Under the pieces are notes generated by a model. That model did no database searches and was not told where the DNA came from. It saw only the letters and a list, made by a program, of their open reading frames with translations. This document shows, piece after piece, positions 36,057-44,614 of a DNA stretch of 64,000 nt. Position numbers and translations under genes: made by a program. The stretch lies in the IMG/VR virus record IMGVR_UViG_3300002900_000020, positions 750-64,749 of that record; one strand, given 5' to 3'. How positions within the stretch are numbered: position 1 is the stretch's first letter; every line of letters starts with the position of its first letter. The stretch is from a virus. Its lineage: Duplodnaviria; Caudoviricetes.

Positions 36057-37055
36057 TCACAGTCGCTCTGACATTTTTCCGATTAGCCCGGACACAGCAC
36101 CTTTGTACTTCGCCTGGGTATTCGGGTCACTTATTTCGCCCAAGGCTCCAAGCAAGTCATTAAATCCCTTTACTAAAGCCTCAAAACACAAAGAAAATTT
36201 AATAACCGCTTTGTCTCCAGCCTGGCTCACTTTTTGTCTCAGCTCGGCAAGCTCCTTTTCCACATCTTCCGGAATCTTTTCAACAACAGCCGCCTCAACG
36301 GTAACCGGCTGTTTCATTTTTTCCGTCAGTTCCTCGACCTTACGCTGCGCCTCTTTCAGTTGCTTCTCAAGCTGTTTGACCATTTCATCTGAGGACCCAT
36401 CGGAGCGGGCTTCTTTTAACAGACCGGATAACCGCTCAACTTCCGATTTGGTCCGCTGCCGTTCTTTTTCAAGTTCTTCCTGAAGCATTTTAATGGTGTC
36501 GTTTTTATCCTTAAGAAGTTGATTTGCAGTAGCCACATTAGACTGGAGGCTCGAAGTTTCACTGCGTAGCTTATCCCGTTCTTCGACCAGTTCATTAACC
36601 AGTTTTTTAGCGTTGTCCCGCTCCTTGATGAGCTTCTGAAGCTCACGGGAGGACATGTTTTCAACATCATGCTCTTTAATGAATTGCTCCCGCTCATCCG
36701 CCGGGATTCCTAGCAGTGCAACGGCTTGGGTATAACTTAAATTCCCAAGCGCTTGGTATTTTGCGTTGTCGCCAAAAATAGCAATTTGATTGGCGCCATA
36801 TTCTTCGAATATCCTCATGAGGTTATTTGCCGTACTCTGAGAATAATCAACTGATTTCTTTAGCCAGTTGCCCCATTCGCCATGCGGAATCATAGCCTTG
36901 GCCTCTACCAAGCGCCGACCTATCTCAATGCTGTTATAGAGGACCAATTTCCGGGTTTGGTCTTTAATGCTGTTAATCTCTACAGCTATAAGCAACGGTG
37001 TTCTCTCTACAGGTAGGCTGCTGTTCATAACTGTAATTTCACTCATGGTTTTCAC
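36057..37055 (-). CDS. DUF3102 domain protein with coiled coil
   Basis: IEIGRRLVEAKAMIPHGEWGNWL...YSQSTANNLMRIF. Confidence 0.88.
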   Translation of the reverse strand: MKTMSEITVMNSSLPVERTPLLIAVEINSIKDQTRKLVLYNSIEIGRRLVEAKAMIPHGEWGNWLKKSVDYSQSTANNLMRIFEEYGANQIAIFGDNAKYQALGNLSYTQAVALLGIPADEREQFIKEHDVENMSSRELQKLIKERDNAKKLVNELVEERDKLRSETSSLQSNVATANQLLKDKNDTIKMLQEELEKERQRTKSEVERLSGLLKEARSDGSSDEMVKQLEKQLKEAQRKVEELTEKMKQPVTVEAAVVEKIPEDVEKELAELRQKVSQAGDKAVIKFSLCFEALVKGFNDLLGALGEISDPNTQAKYKGAVSGLIGKMSERL

Positions 37056-37064
37056 TCCTTCCGG

Positions 37065-38678
37065 TTATGCCGGCACTCTTATCCTGGTTTTCTTTTTGTC
37101 TGGCACTTTAATATCTAATGTATTAATCTTGATATTAGCTTCTTTGGCCCAGGCCACAATTTCACTATTCAGCTCAGCGTTATTTGAAACCGGTTTGTTT
37201 CTGTCCAGCTTCGCCTGAACCAGTTCTTTTTCCTTAATCTCCAGGCAGGCGACCAGTTTCCCTTTATCCTCGGCCACTAAGACAATCCATTTCTGATTTT
37301 CTTTCATAGCGGCTCCATATGATGCTACACAATTATGCAGTATATGACCGGCTTCAAGTAACTGCATGGACTCTTCCGGTAGGAAGAATCTAAGCCGGTC
37401 CTTCTGCATCGACAGCCTTTTTACTATGTGCTCCGGAACATTGAATTTTACGTTTACATGATTTTGTTTTTTGTGCATAATTGACATCCAATCATGGAGA
37501 TCTCTGAGTTTAACCGACTCTGTTTTCAGTGCCTTCCGATTCTCTTTGTTAAGCTGTTGAAATAAGGTAACGCAATCCCATAACTGCATTTCCTTGTATT
37601 CTTCTACCAAACGGACAATGCCGGCCTCTCCGTAAAATACCTTCATCCGACGCAAGAACTTCATTAAGTCTTTGTTTTGGGAAGCTGATATGCCCTTGCT
37701 TAGTTCTCTTAAACCTTCAAACAAGCGAACAGCGTAATCGTAATTTGAACACAGTCTAAAGGTATTGGACAACAAACATACATCAAACGGGTTTTCACTT
37801 AACACCCTCCGTATGTAAGGTCTGTCGGGTAACGATTTGGCAGCAACCATGGCATTAACAAAACTTGTTTTACGTCTCTTCGCAATAACTTCATTCATAT
37901 AATCATCATCGCTAATCATTTTCGTTTCCCAAAAATCCATGATACTACTTTCTTTTTCCCGGTAAACAGTCGGTAAATTTGGTGCATCCGGGCACAGCAC
38001 ACGGTAAGCGATATTCAATATGGGTAGCAGAAATGTACCGTGGACTTGGCCGGGTGAGACATGCATCGAAGCTATTTTATGGCCAAGACGTTTTTCCAGT
38101 TTTCGGCGTACAGTCTCACGCAAAACCTTCAATATTTTGTTAAGCTCTCTTTTTTGATTTAAATTTGCCAGGCTGAAGGGAAGGAAAAAACGAAGTATAC
38201 TTTTCTCCAGAAATTCCAGCTGGAATGGGTGGCCTATTTCAAAAGCCTCATCCTCGAATCCGTTAACAACGCTGGAAAATAAAACAGTTCGTTTGGCGAT
38301 ATCAAACCGGATAGTTTCTTTATAAGTCCCGGCAAAAACGCGCATTGCATCCCTAAATCCTATAGTTTTGCCAGTGACCCCAAAGATGACTACGTTTTCA
38401 TAAACTTTGACAGTCAGACGGATTTTGTTCGGGACATCTTCCCCTCGCTTTATATAGACCACATTGGCACTATGCTGCTTCCCACAATGAGGGCAGTAAA
38501 AATACTTTCCCCGCTCAACATACCAATAAGCTCCTAGTTGCCGGCCCCAGGCAGCTATAAAAGCCTGATCACATTCCTCGCAAAAATATTGATATTCATG
38601 TAATCCGTTATCCATATAATCCAGATCTTCAGCATAGGCCGAAAACATCTGCGGCACAATTACTTCAGCAATTAGCAC
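37065..38678 (-). CDS. PcfJ-like domain protein
   Basis: C-terminal LRDLHD...LLEAGHILHNCVASY...CLEI...VQAK; N-terminal CxxC pairs. Confidence 0.85.
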   Translation of the reverse strand: MLIAEVIVPQMFSAYAEDLDYMDNGLHEYQYFCEECDQAFIAAWGRQLGAYWYVERGKYFYCPHCGKQHSANVVYIKRGEDVPNKIRLTVKVYENVVIFGVTGKTIGFRDAMRVFAGTYKETIRFDIAKRTVLFSSVVNGFEDEAFEIGHPFQLEFLEKSILRFFLPFSLANLNQKRELNKILKVLRETVRRKLEKRLGHKIASMHVSPGQVHGTFLLPILNIAYRVLCPDAPNLPTVYREKESSIMDFWETKMISDDDYMNEVIAKRRKTSFVNAMVAAKSLPDRPYIRRVLSENPFDVCLLSNTFRLCSNYDYAVRLFEGLRELSKGISASQNKDLMKFLRRMKVFYGEAGIVRLVEEYKEMQLWDCVTLFQQLNKENRKALKTESVKLRDLHDWMSIMHKKQNHVNVKFNVPEHIVKRLSMQKDRLRFFLPEESMQLLEAGHILHNCVASYGAAMKENQKWIVLVAEDKGKLVACLEIKEKELVQAKLDRNKPVSNNAELNSEIVAWAKEANIKINTLDIKVPDKKKTRIRVPA

Positions 38679-38691
38679 CCGACATCACCCC

Positions 38692-39060
38692 CTACAGCAA
38701 ATCATCAAGCTTAACATCAAAGACCGACTCGGCCACAGGAGGCGTGGGTGCCGGGGTGGCCGTGGCAGCTACCTGGGCAGGAGTTGTGACTATCCCTTCA
38801 ATCCCAAAATATTTCAGTACAACCGCAAAGCCTTCCTGATCTGTGAGCACAGCGCAATTCCCAACCTTCTTTTTCTCGGCTTCCTTCCGCATCTCATCGA
38901 GGCTCTTACCGATGGTCTTACCTTCGGTCAGGATCTTCTCAGCGTCCTGAGGATTCTTATCCAGGTGTTGGAGTAAAAACCCTCCGACCACCTGAATATA
39001 TGAGTTATTCTTACCTTTTTCTATTTCAGCTTTTATTTTTGCAATAGCATTTTCAAGCAT
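38692..39060 (-). CDS. PcfK-like protein
   Basis: AIAKIKAE...GKTIGKSLDEMRKEAEKK...CAVLTDQEGFAVVLKYF; adjacent to PcfJ. Confidence 0.75.
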   Translation of the reverse strand: MLENAIAKIKAEIEKGKNNSYIQVVGGFLLQHLDKNPQDAEKILTEGKTIGKSLDEMRKEAEKKKVGNCAVLTDQEGFAVVLKYFGIEGIVTTPAQVAATATPAPTPPVAESVFDVKLDDLL

Positions 39061-39200
39061 AAAAATACCCCCTTTTAAACACACATAATTAAAAGCATTT
39101 TAAGCAACAATATCACCGAGGTGATTAGAATGTATTATGCATTCTTGCTCACCGTAATCCTTTTGACGATAATAATCTTAAAACTTAGCAATTAGGATTA

Positions 39201-39244
39201 CGGCTGGGGATTTCTTAGGGATGCCCTAAGAAAATCCCTAGCCG
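39201..39244. other. Long near-perfect hairpin after the ArpU-like gene
   Basis: CGGCTGGGGATTTCTTAGGG-ATG-CCCTAAGAAAATCCCTAGCCG. Confidence 0.7.
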
Positions 39245-39287
39245 AACAATATAAAAAAATAAAGTTGAAACAAAATTTTTATCAAAT

Positions 39288-39761
39288 CTACTCAAACCAC
39301 CATCTAAAACTAATCGCAAACTTCTTTAGCACCTCGGACCGGATTATATAAAATCGGTCCTTATTTATTTTCAGCTCCCTAATTACCGCCCTCCTGGAGA
39401 ACTCCCTGAAGTACCGATAGAACACAAAGTCTCTCTGCTCCTGGTTAAGGCACTCCATGACCTTGTCCACCCGTTCCTTCTTGGCGGTTATATTGGCCAG
39501 TTTGATAGCCTCATCATCACAACCGCCGTCGCCATCACCGCCGCCACCCAGCCCAGGGCCGTATGATGTTGCTGAGATTCCCGGATCCTCGCTGCAGGCA
39601 ATCTCCCAAAAAGGATACTTCCGGAGTTCCTTCTCAACCTGCCACTCTACCTTGGCATATTCGCAGGATATGGTTGACCGGTGGTTCCGGTTGCACTTGT
39701 CGCAGTAATACTTGCTTTTTCTTGCCTGGTTATTGGTTTCCTGGTTCTTATTTTGGGACAC
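39288..39761 (-). CDS. ArpU/RinA-like late transcriptional activator
   Basis: C-terminal sigma-region-4-like HTH (CLNQEQRDFVFYRYF...INKDRFYIIRSEVLKKFA); GGAGG RBS before the GTG at 39761. Confidence 0.75.
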   Translation of the reverse strand: MSQNKNQETNNQARKSKYYCDKCNRNHRSTISCEYAKVEWQVEKELRKYPFWEIACSEDPGISATSYGPGLGGGGDGDGGCDDEAIKLANITAKKERVDKVMECLNQEQRDFVFYRYFREFSRRAVIRELKINKDRFYIIRSEVLKKFAISFRWWFE

Positions 39762-39963
39762 TAGGAAGCCTCCTTCTTTTCTTGGGTTTAATTTCCCAGG
39801 GGTCGTACTTATAAACCTGAGCATCCTTGTTAAGTTTGACAGCCAAAAACTGGCCGGCATCATCAATCCCTGTATCAACCACCGTTCCCGTAAGCCCGTT
39901 ATATGTAACGATTTCTTCTCCCAACCGGGGAAGGGATAAATCTTTCTTCATGGTAATCATCAC
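39748..39963 (-). CDS. Hypothetical protein (SH3-like)
   Basis: 71 aa with RBS; GLTGTVVD motif. Confidence 0.6.
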   Translation of the reverse strand: MMITMKKDLSLPRLGEEIVTYNGLTGTVVDTGIDDAGQFLAVKLNKDAQVYKYDPWEIKPKKRRRLPSVPK

Positions 39964-39988
39964 CTACCATCACCTACCCTTTCCCCTT

Positions 39989-40246
39989 TTAACCGTTCAT
40001 GGCACTGGGACCAGGCCTTCGGTATTCCGCAACCGGCCTCCCTGGACGGAAGTCACCAGGCACCCTATTGCGAAGCTCCCGTTCAAAAGTCCTTTGAAAT
40101 ATTGAATCCTCCGGGACCCTAAACTTAGGTATCCTGGTACCGTTTAGGCTGCCTAACTTGCACCTTTTGCATCCCATATCATACTTGGTGACACAGAACC
40201 GCCGTTCAGGACAATACGGTGCGGTAATACACTTCATGTGTTTCAT
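39989..40246 (-). CDS. Hypothetical Cys-containing protein
   Basis: 85 aa; GGGAG RBS. Confidence 0.5.
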   Translation of the reverse strand: MKHMKCITAPYCPERRFCVTKYDMGCKRCKLGSLNGTRIPKFRVPEDSIFQRTFERELRNRVPGDFRPGRPVAEYRRPGPSAMNG

Positions 40247-40263
40247 AATGCTCCCGCTCCTTC

Positions 40264-40289
40264 CTTTGGTACACCTCTTTGGTACACCT
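40264..40289. repeat. 13-nt tandem duplication CTTTGGTACACCT x2
   Basis: Read directly; intergenic. Confidence 0.85.
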
Positions 40290-40304
40290 CTCTCCTTTTG
40301 GCGT

Positions 40305-40472
40305 TTATTCGTATCCTAAACACTCTTTAAGTTCGTTGATAAGGTCCGATAGTTCACCTTTTGTCCAATTAGTTACCAACCACACATAGCGGTTTTCTAT
40401 ACCCAATTCTTCCGCCAAGGATTTTGCATAGTTTAATTGTTTTACTGATGGCTGTTCTTCCCTCCACCCCAT
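40305..40472 (-). CDS. 55-aa hypothetical protein (not in the ORF track)
   Basis: MGWREEQPSVKQLNYAKSL...TKGELSDLINELK; TAAATG junction with the resolvase gene. Confidence 0.7.
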   Translation of the reverse strand: MGWREEQPSVKQLNYAKSLAEELGIENRYVWLVTNWTKGELSDLINELKECLGYE

Positions 40473-41069
40473 TTACACCGCCTCCTTCGCCTTACCTTTC
40501 CCCTTCATGGTGCCCTTGCCCTTCCCTTTGCCCTTCTTAGTTGGCACAATACCCAGTATCTTCAACACCACTTCCTGCTGTATCTGGGTAAGCTTGTCCA
40601 AACTAGCAGGATCCTTCCGGTATTCGTCTACCGCCTCCACAATCCTAGCCACAGTATAGGCGTCGGCTTCGTCGTGGGTCTTAAATTCAACTCCCCAGCG
40701 TTTGTAGACTTCTAAGACCATGAATTCCTTCTTGGTGTTGCCCTTCCCGGACGCAAACTGCTTTACCTGACCGGTGGAAGGCTCGATATAATCAAAATAT
40801 CCTGCTTTGAAAATTTCCTCCCTAATGGCACCACCGACCCACCCCAGTTGATGAGCCTGGTTGGCCTGGGAATAGGCAAACCCTTCAACTCCAACTTCAT
40901 CAGGCTTATAGACCTCAAGCAATCCCCTGACCTTTTCCCTAATGAATAAGTACCTGGGAATCCCCTTTAAATCCGTCTTGATAGCCTCACTGAAAACCAC
41001 TTCCCCGTCACAGATAACCACCACAGCGGGGCTGGCGAGGCCGCCGTCAATCCCCATGTATTTGCCCAT
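40473..41069 (-). CDS. RuvC-like Holliday junction resolvase
   Basis: MGIDGG, VGVEG, VKQFASGKGNTKKE, DEADA motifs. Confidence 0.92.
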   Translation of the reverse strand: MGKYMGIDGGLASPAVVVICDGEVVFSEAIKTDLKGIPRYLFIREKVRGLLEVYKPDEVGVEGFAYSQANQAHQLGWVGGAIREEIFKAGYFDYIEPSTGQVKQFASGKGNTKKEFMVLEVYKRWGVEFKTHDEADAYTVARIVEAVDEYRKDPASLDKLTQIQQEVVLKILGIVPTKKGKGKGKGTMKGKGKAKEAV

Positions 41070-41368
41070 TAGCGGCCACCTGCCAATCTGCGCTGGCTTA
41101 ACCTCCTGGATTCGCCGGCCGCATGTTTCTGATATGTACTCTCCAGGCAATCACCGCACACGAGTTTATCACTCAAGGAGATCATACCCTCCTTGGTACA
41201 GCCGCAAACCATACAGCCCGGGTTATATTTTTGCAGAACAATTCTCTCACCATCGGTGAAGATTTCCAGTGGATCCTTTTCGCCAAGCCCCATGGTTTTT
41301 CTCAACTCCATAGGGATAACTACCCTGCCTAAATCATCCAACTTCCGTACAATACCGGTACTTTTCAT
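41069..41368 (-). CDS. abrB: AbrB-family transition-state regulator
   Basis: MKSTGIVRKLDDLGRVVIPMELRKT...DPLEIFTDGERIVLQKY...C-terminal Cys cluster. Confidence 0.93.
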   Translation of the reverse strand: MKSTGIVRKLDDLGRVVIPMELRKTMGLGEKDPLEIFTDGERIVLQKYNPGCMVCGCTKEGMISLSDKLVCGDCLESTYQKHAAGESRRLSQRRLAGGR

Positions 41369-41613
41369 AATCGGAATACCTCCCTAATGATTTATTTGGC
41401 CAGATCAGGGCCACAGAAAATTAATTCACATAACCAACTGGGGTCAAATTCAGCGGTACCGCATTAACAACCGCCTTCCCAATGTTTCCGGCAATCCTCG
41501 CATAACAACCAACATTACTCCTTCGTATTATCCACTGCTAGGTTCAGGTGCCGATCCTGCCTCGACCGTCTTTGCTTACCCTGCTTCATCCGCCCTGCTG
41601 TCCCTGCGGCGGA

Positions 41614-41841
41614 TTATTTTTTCAATGCCTCCCGCACAAGAAACTCTATTTCCTGTCGGGGATGGGAGTACAAATTGTAATACACACTCACCAGTATCTC
41701 AGTGGCTACTGCAAAGATTTCTATTTCATCATCTGTAAACCCAGGCTTGAACCCTTGCTTTACGTCCTCCGGCAGATCCTGAAGCCATTCAATGAAATCC
41801 TGGCCATTAATAATCATAATCAGCAGCACCTCCCTGACCAA
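41614..41841 (-). CDS. Hypothetical protein
   Basis: Acidic 75-aa ORF within the early operon. Confidence 0.55.
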   Translation of the reverse strand: MVREVLLIMIINGQDFIEWLQDLPEDVKQGFKPGFTDDEIEIFAVATEILVSVYYNLYSHPRQEIEFLVREALKK

Positions 41842-42079
41842 GCCGCAGCTGCTCTAACCTAAACTGGACCAGGAGACTGTAATCCATCTCTACCAATGCT
41901 TCACTTCTGCCCGGGTTAGCACGGTCCCAGATTATCTCCCGGAGGATGCCCGGGCCGACCGGGGTCTTAACCCACTGGCCCTTAATTACCCGGTTGCAGA
42001 CACACCGCTTCCATCTGGCGCCACGGCTCCTTTCAACCCAGCCGCAACCTTTACAGATAGGGCAACCTGCCAAACTCAT
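41807..42079 (-). CDS. Hypothetical protein with Cys cluster
   Basis: CPICKGCG...CVC; packed in the operon. Confidence 0.6.
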   Translation of the reverse strand: MSLAGCPICKGCGWVERSRGARWKRCVCNRVIKGQWVKTPVGPGILREIIWDRANPGRSEALVEMDYSLLVQFRLEQLRLGQGGAADYDY

Positions 42080-42091
42080 CTGCAGGCCCCC

Positions 42092-42964
42092 TTAAATAGC
42101 CAAGGTGATTTCATCAAAATAGCGTTCAATCTTGGCCTGCTTGTCCTTGCCCTGGGCAACGTAATCTTCCAAGACTTCTCTAACCCCAGGGGTAAGGTGA
42201 CTGACCGGACTATTCAAAATCCGGACGGCGCAATTCAAATCTTTATCCAGTTCCTCTTTCAGCTTCAAAGCATCCCGCAGAGTAATTTTGCTAAGTCCTT
42301 TATCAAGATGCTCCTGTGCATGTGGCTCAGAATGTTCAGTTTCAATGGACTTTATCATCATGACGTTTTCAGTTTCAACATTCCAATCATCTTTGGTAAT
42401 ACCGTATATTTCGCAAAGTTTATATACATAGCTATGATGGTATCCAATTTCTTTAGCAAGCTTATTCGGGGTCTTGCCTTTCAACGACTCCAGCATCCTA
42501 TCCCGGGAAGGGATTAAGGCTTTCAATTCATCCATAATTTTGGCCACTGATTTTTCCTCCTTTACCTCTTTCTTGGTGGCGGCAGCTGCCACCTTAACCA
42601 GGTGCTTGCCCTGGAATTCATACATTTGGAGCTTTGCATTATACCAAATCTGGCACCGGGGGCACTTCATAATCGGGATGTTTTGATATTCACCCAAGGT
42701 TCCGCATTTCGGGCATGGTCGGCCCATCCTGTAATTGCCATGGTGGTCCAGGGTCCAGACTTTCCGATGTTGGTCAAATATCAAAAAGCATTCTGGATTG
42801 GAACACATTAATAGGGTTGTCCCCACGGGTGGGCTTTTCATGTTGCCGACCCTGTTCCCGTAATTTTCATTGAGGTAATTACCTGGACTCCCGCAATCAG
42901 GGCAGCGTATTACCTCACCATCCTTTCCCCATTTCCTATGTTTTCTACCTTCAGCAACGGTCAT
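42092..42964 (-). CDS. Zinc-ribbon repeats plus HTH protein
   Basis: Several CxxC pairs; KLAKEIGYHHSYVYKLCEIYG HTH. Confidence 0.7.
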   Translation of the reverse strand: MTVAEGRKHRKWGKDGEVIRCPDCGSPGNYLNENYGNRVGNMKSPPVGTTLLMCSNPECFLIFDQHRKVWTLDHHGNYRMGRPCPKCGTLGEYQNIPIMKCPRCQIWYNAKLQMYEFQGKHLVKVAAAATKKEVKEEKSVAKIMDELKALIPSRDRMLESLKGKTPNKLAKEIGYHHSYVYKLCEIYGITKDDWNVETENVMMIKSIETEHSEPHAQEHLDKGLSKITLRDALKLKEELDKDLNCAVRILNSPVSHLTPGVREVLEDYVAQGKDKQAKIERYFDEITLAI

Positions 42965-43187
42965 CCCATTTGGCCCTCACCTTCCTTTCAACACGACCGG
43001 CTTTCTTGGCCGCTTTAGCCAACTTGAGCACTAAATCTGCACAACCCATATTGATATCCCCCTGGGCCAAATTTAACAGTAAAACTCTGCCTAACTGCCT
43101 GCTGGCTTTGCTCATCAGGGCTTCACGCTCCCTCCTTTTTTCACGCAGGCCGGGCCTAACCTTTTCTCACATATCCGTATCATTCAT
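42951..43187 (-). pseudogene. 78-codon ORF with in-frame TGA at codon 7
   Basis: GGAGG RBS; MNDTDM*EKVRPGLREKRRER...DDRC*. Confidence 0.5.
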
Positions 43188-43650
43188 AGGATTTACCTCC
43201 CCCTGTTGGCAGTAAAGCAATTCCTGGATCTGCCCTGTCAGGATACCGCACTTATATTGAGTACCCAGGGCTTCGAAAACCGTAGCGCTGCCCCCTCCCG
43301 GGGTGGGCATTACAAGGTCAGAGAAAAACTCCTTGGTAAACTCCACAAATCCAAACTGTAGAGCTTCAAACTTGCTTCAAACTTGCTCTTCAAGTAGTAA
43401 TACAGGGTCCGGTAAATCTGGTTACGGTTATCCTCGGTAACATTGGGAATGACCAACCTTACCGGCACGTTGGCGGTCTGCTTGTCCATGAGTTCTTCCT
43501 GTTTAGAGAACTCAAACTGCCAAGGTAAGTGAATCGGCTGTCTGGGATACCGTGTTTTTCCAACAGGATCTGAATTTCAGCCTGGGACTTCATCCAATGA
43601 ACCGCCGTGGAAGCATACGGCCCCTTAGGTTTTTGACTCTTTCTGGCCAT
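43180..43650 (-). pseudogene. Frameshifted phage hypothetical gene
   Basis: Coding-like text continues across frames (FEFSKQE...YYYLKSKFE-ALQFGFVEFTKEFF); 11-nt duplication TTCAAACTTGC x2 at 43365-43386. Confidence 0.7.
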
Positions 43651-43737
43651 GGGTTACCCCCTTTCCGTATTCGCACTTTACTTTACTGCAGCCCGGTCGG
43701 CGTCTGCACACTTTGCAAAATGCAGTCACTTTTCGCA

Positions 43738-44247
43738 TCACCCCAATTCCAATGTAGTCTGCACCTTATCCCAGGGAAGGTTGTCAAAGTATTCATCCTT
43801 TGCTATGAAATCCTTGGAAGATAATACATTTACCAAATCCTGATGCACGGTCTTAAGATGCTGTACTTTGAATTTCTGATACTCTTCCTGGGGTATATCA
43901 CCAGGGAGAAGTTTATAACCGGTTGCTGTTTCCTCCAGCCTTGCGCCCAAACACCGCAGGAAGTGCAGCATACCCCAAAGTTTGCCTCCATCGAGGGAAT
44001 GGAAGGCATTCTGCAGTACTACAATCCACCGTTCATGATCTTCCGTTAAATCCGGACGTGGATCCCGCTGATAATTAAACATATTTTTAAGGTTTTTGAA
44101 GTTAGTTCTTTGGAATAACCAGTCATCAGAGGATAGAATTGGAGGGTTAGTATTTGCTACAGGGGGGCTGTTATCACTTTTTGCCGGGGGGTATTGTCTT
44201 TCTTCCTTGCCTAAAAGCAGCTTTTGATAACGGCTCACGGCCACCAC
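43738..44247 (-). CDS. Hypothetical protein downstream of the origin
   Basis: 169 aa; GAAGG RBS. Confidence 0.7.
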   Translation of the reverse strand: MVAVSRYQKLLLGKEERQYPPAKSDNSPPVANTNPPILSSDDWLFQRTNFKNLKNMFNYQRDPRPDLTEDHERWIVVLQNAFHSLDGGKLWGMLHFLRCLGARLEETATGYKLLPGDIPQEEYQKFKVQHLKTVHQDLVNVLSSKDFIAKDEYFDNLPWDKVQTTLELG

Positions 44248-44296
44248 CTTCCCATATACCCTATACGGGGTATCAAATTGAAATCAAAAACCCTGT

Positions 44297-44611
44297 TGTA
44301 ACAAGGGTGTTACGCTTCTGTTACGCCTCCTGTTACACCCGATTGAGGCCTTGCGGCTCTATCGTTTCTTATACCCCCCCACCCTATCGGTGTAACACTG
44401 TAACAGTAATTTTGGCATGTTACATTTTCAGAAAATCAGTTTGATTTAACTTGAAGACTAAAAACTGAAATTGATTTTATTTCTGAAAAGTTTTTGACCC
44501 CACTTTGGTGTTACACTGTTACACCCTTTCAAAAAATCCTTGTGGCTGTAGGGCTGAGGTGCGTAACAGGGGGTGTAACATTTGCGTAACAGTAAAATTT
44601 TAGGTGTTACG
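44297..44611. repeat. Iteron-like cluster, candidate replication origin
   Basis: 13 copies of YGTAACA/TGTTACR in both orientations around an AT-rich core, right after the primase stop. Confidence 0.8.
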
Positions 44612-44614
44612 CCA

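Noticed and set aside
35809-36483. 224-aa plus-strand ORF
   Set aside because: Antisense to DUF3102; Ser/Phe-rich composition typical of a reverse-complemented coiled-coil gene.
41392-41589. Cys-rich frame interrupted by two TAA codons
   Set aside because: Weak RBS and no recognisable family; cannot be distinguished from non-coding sequence.
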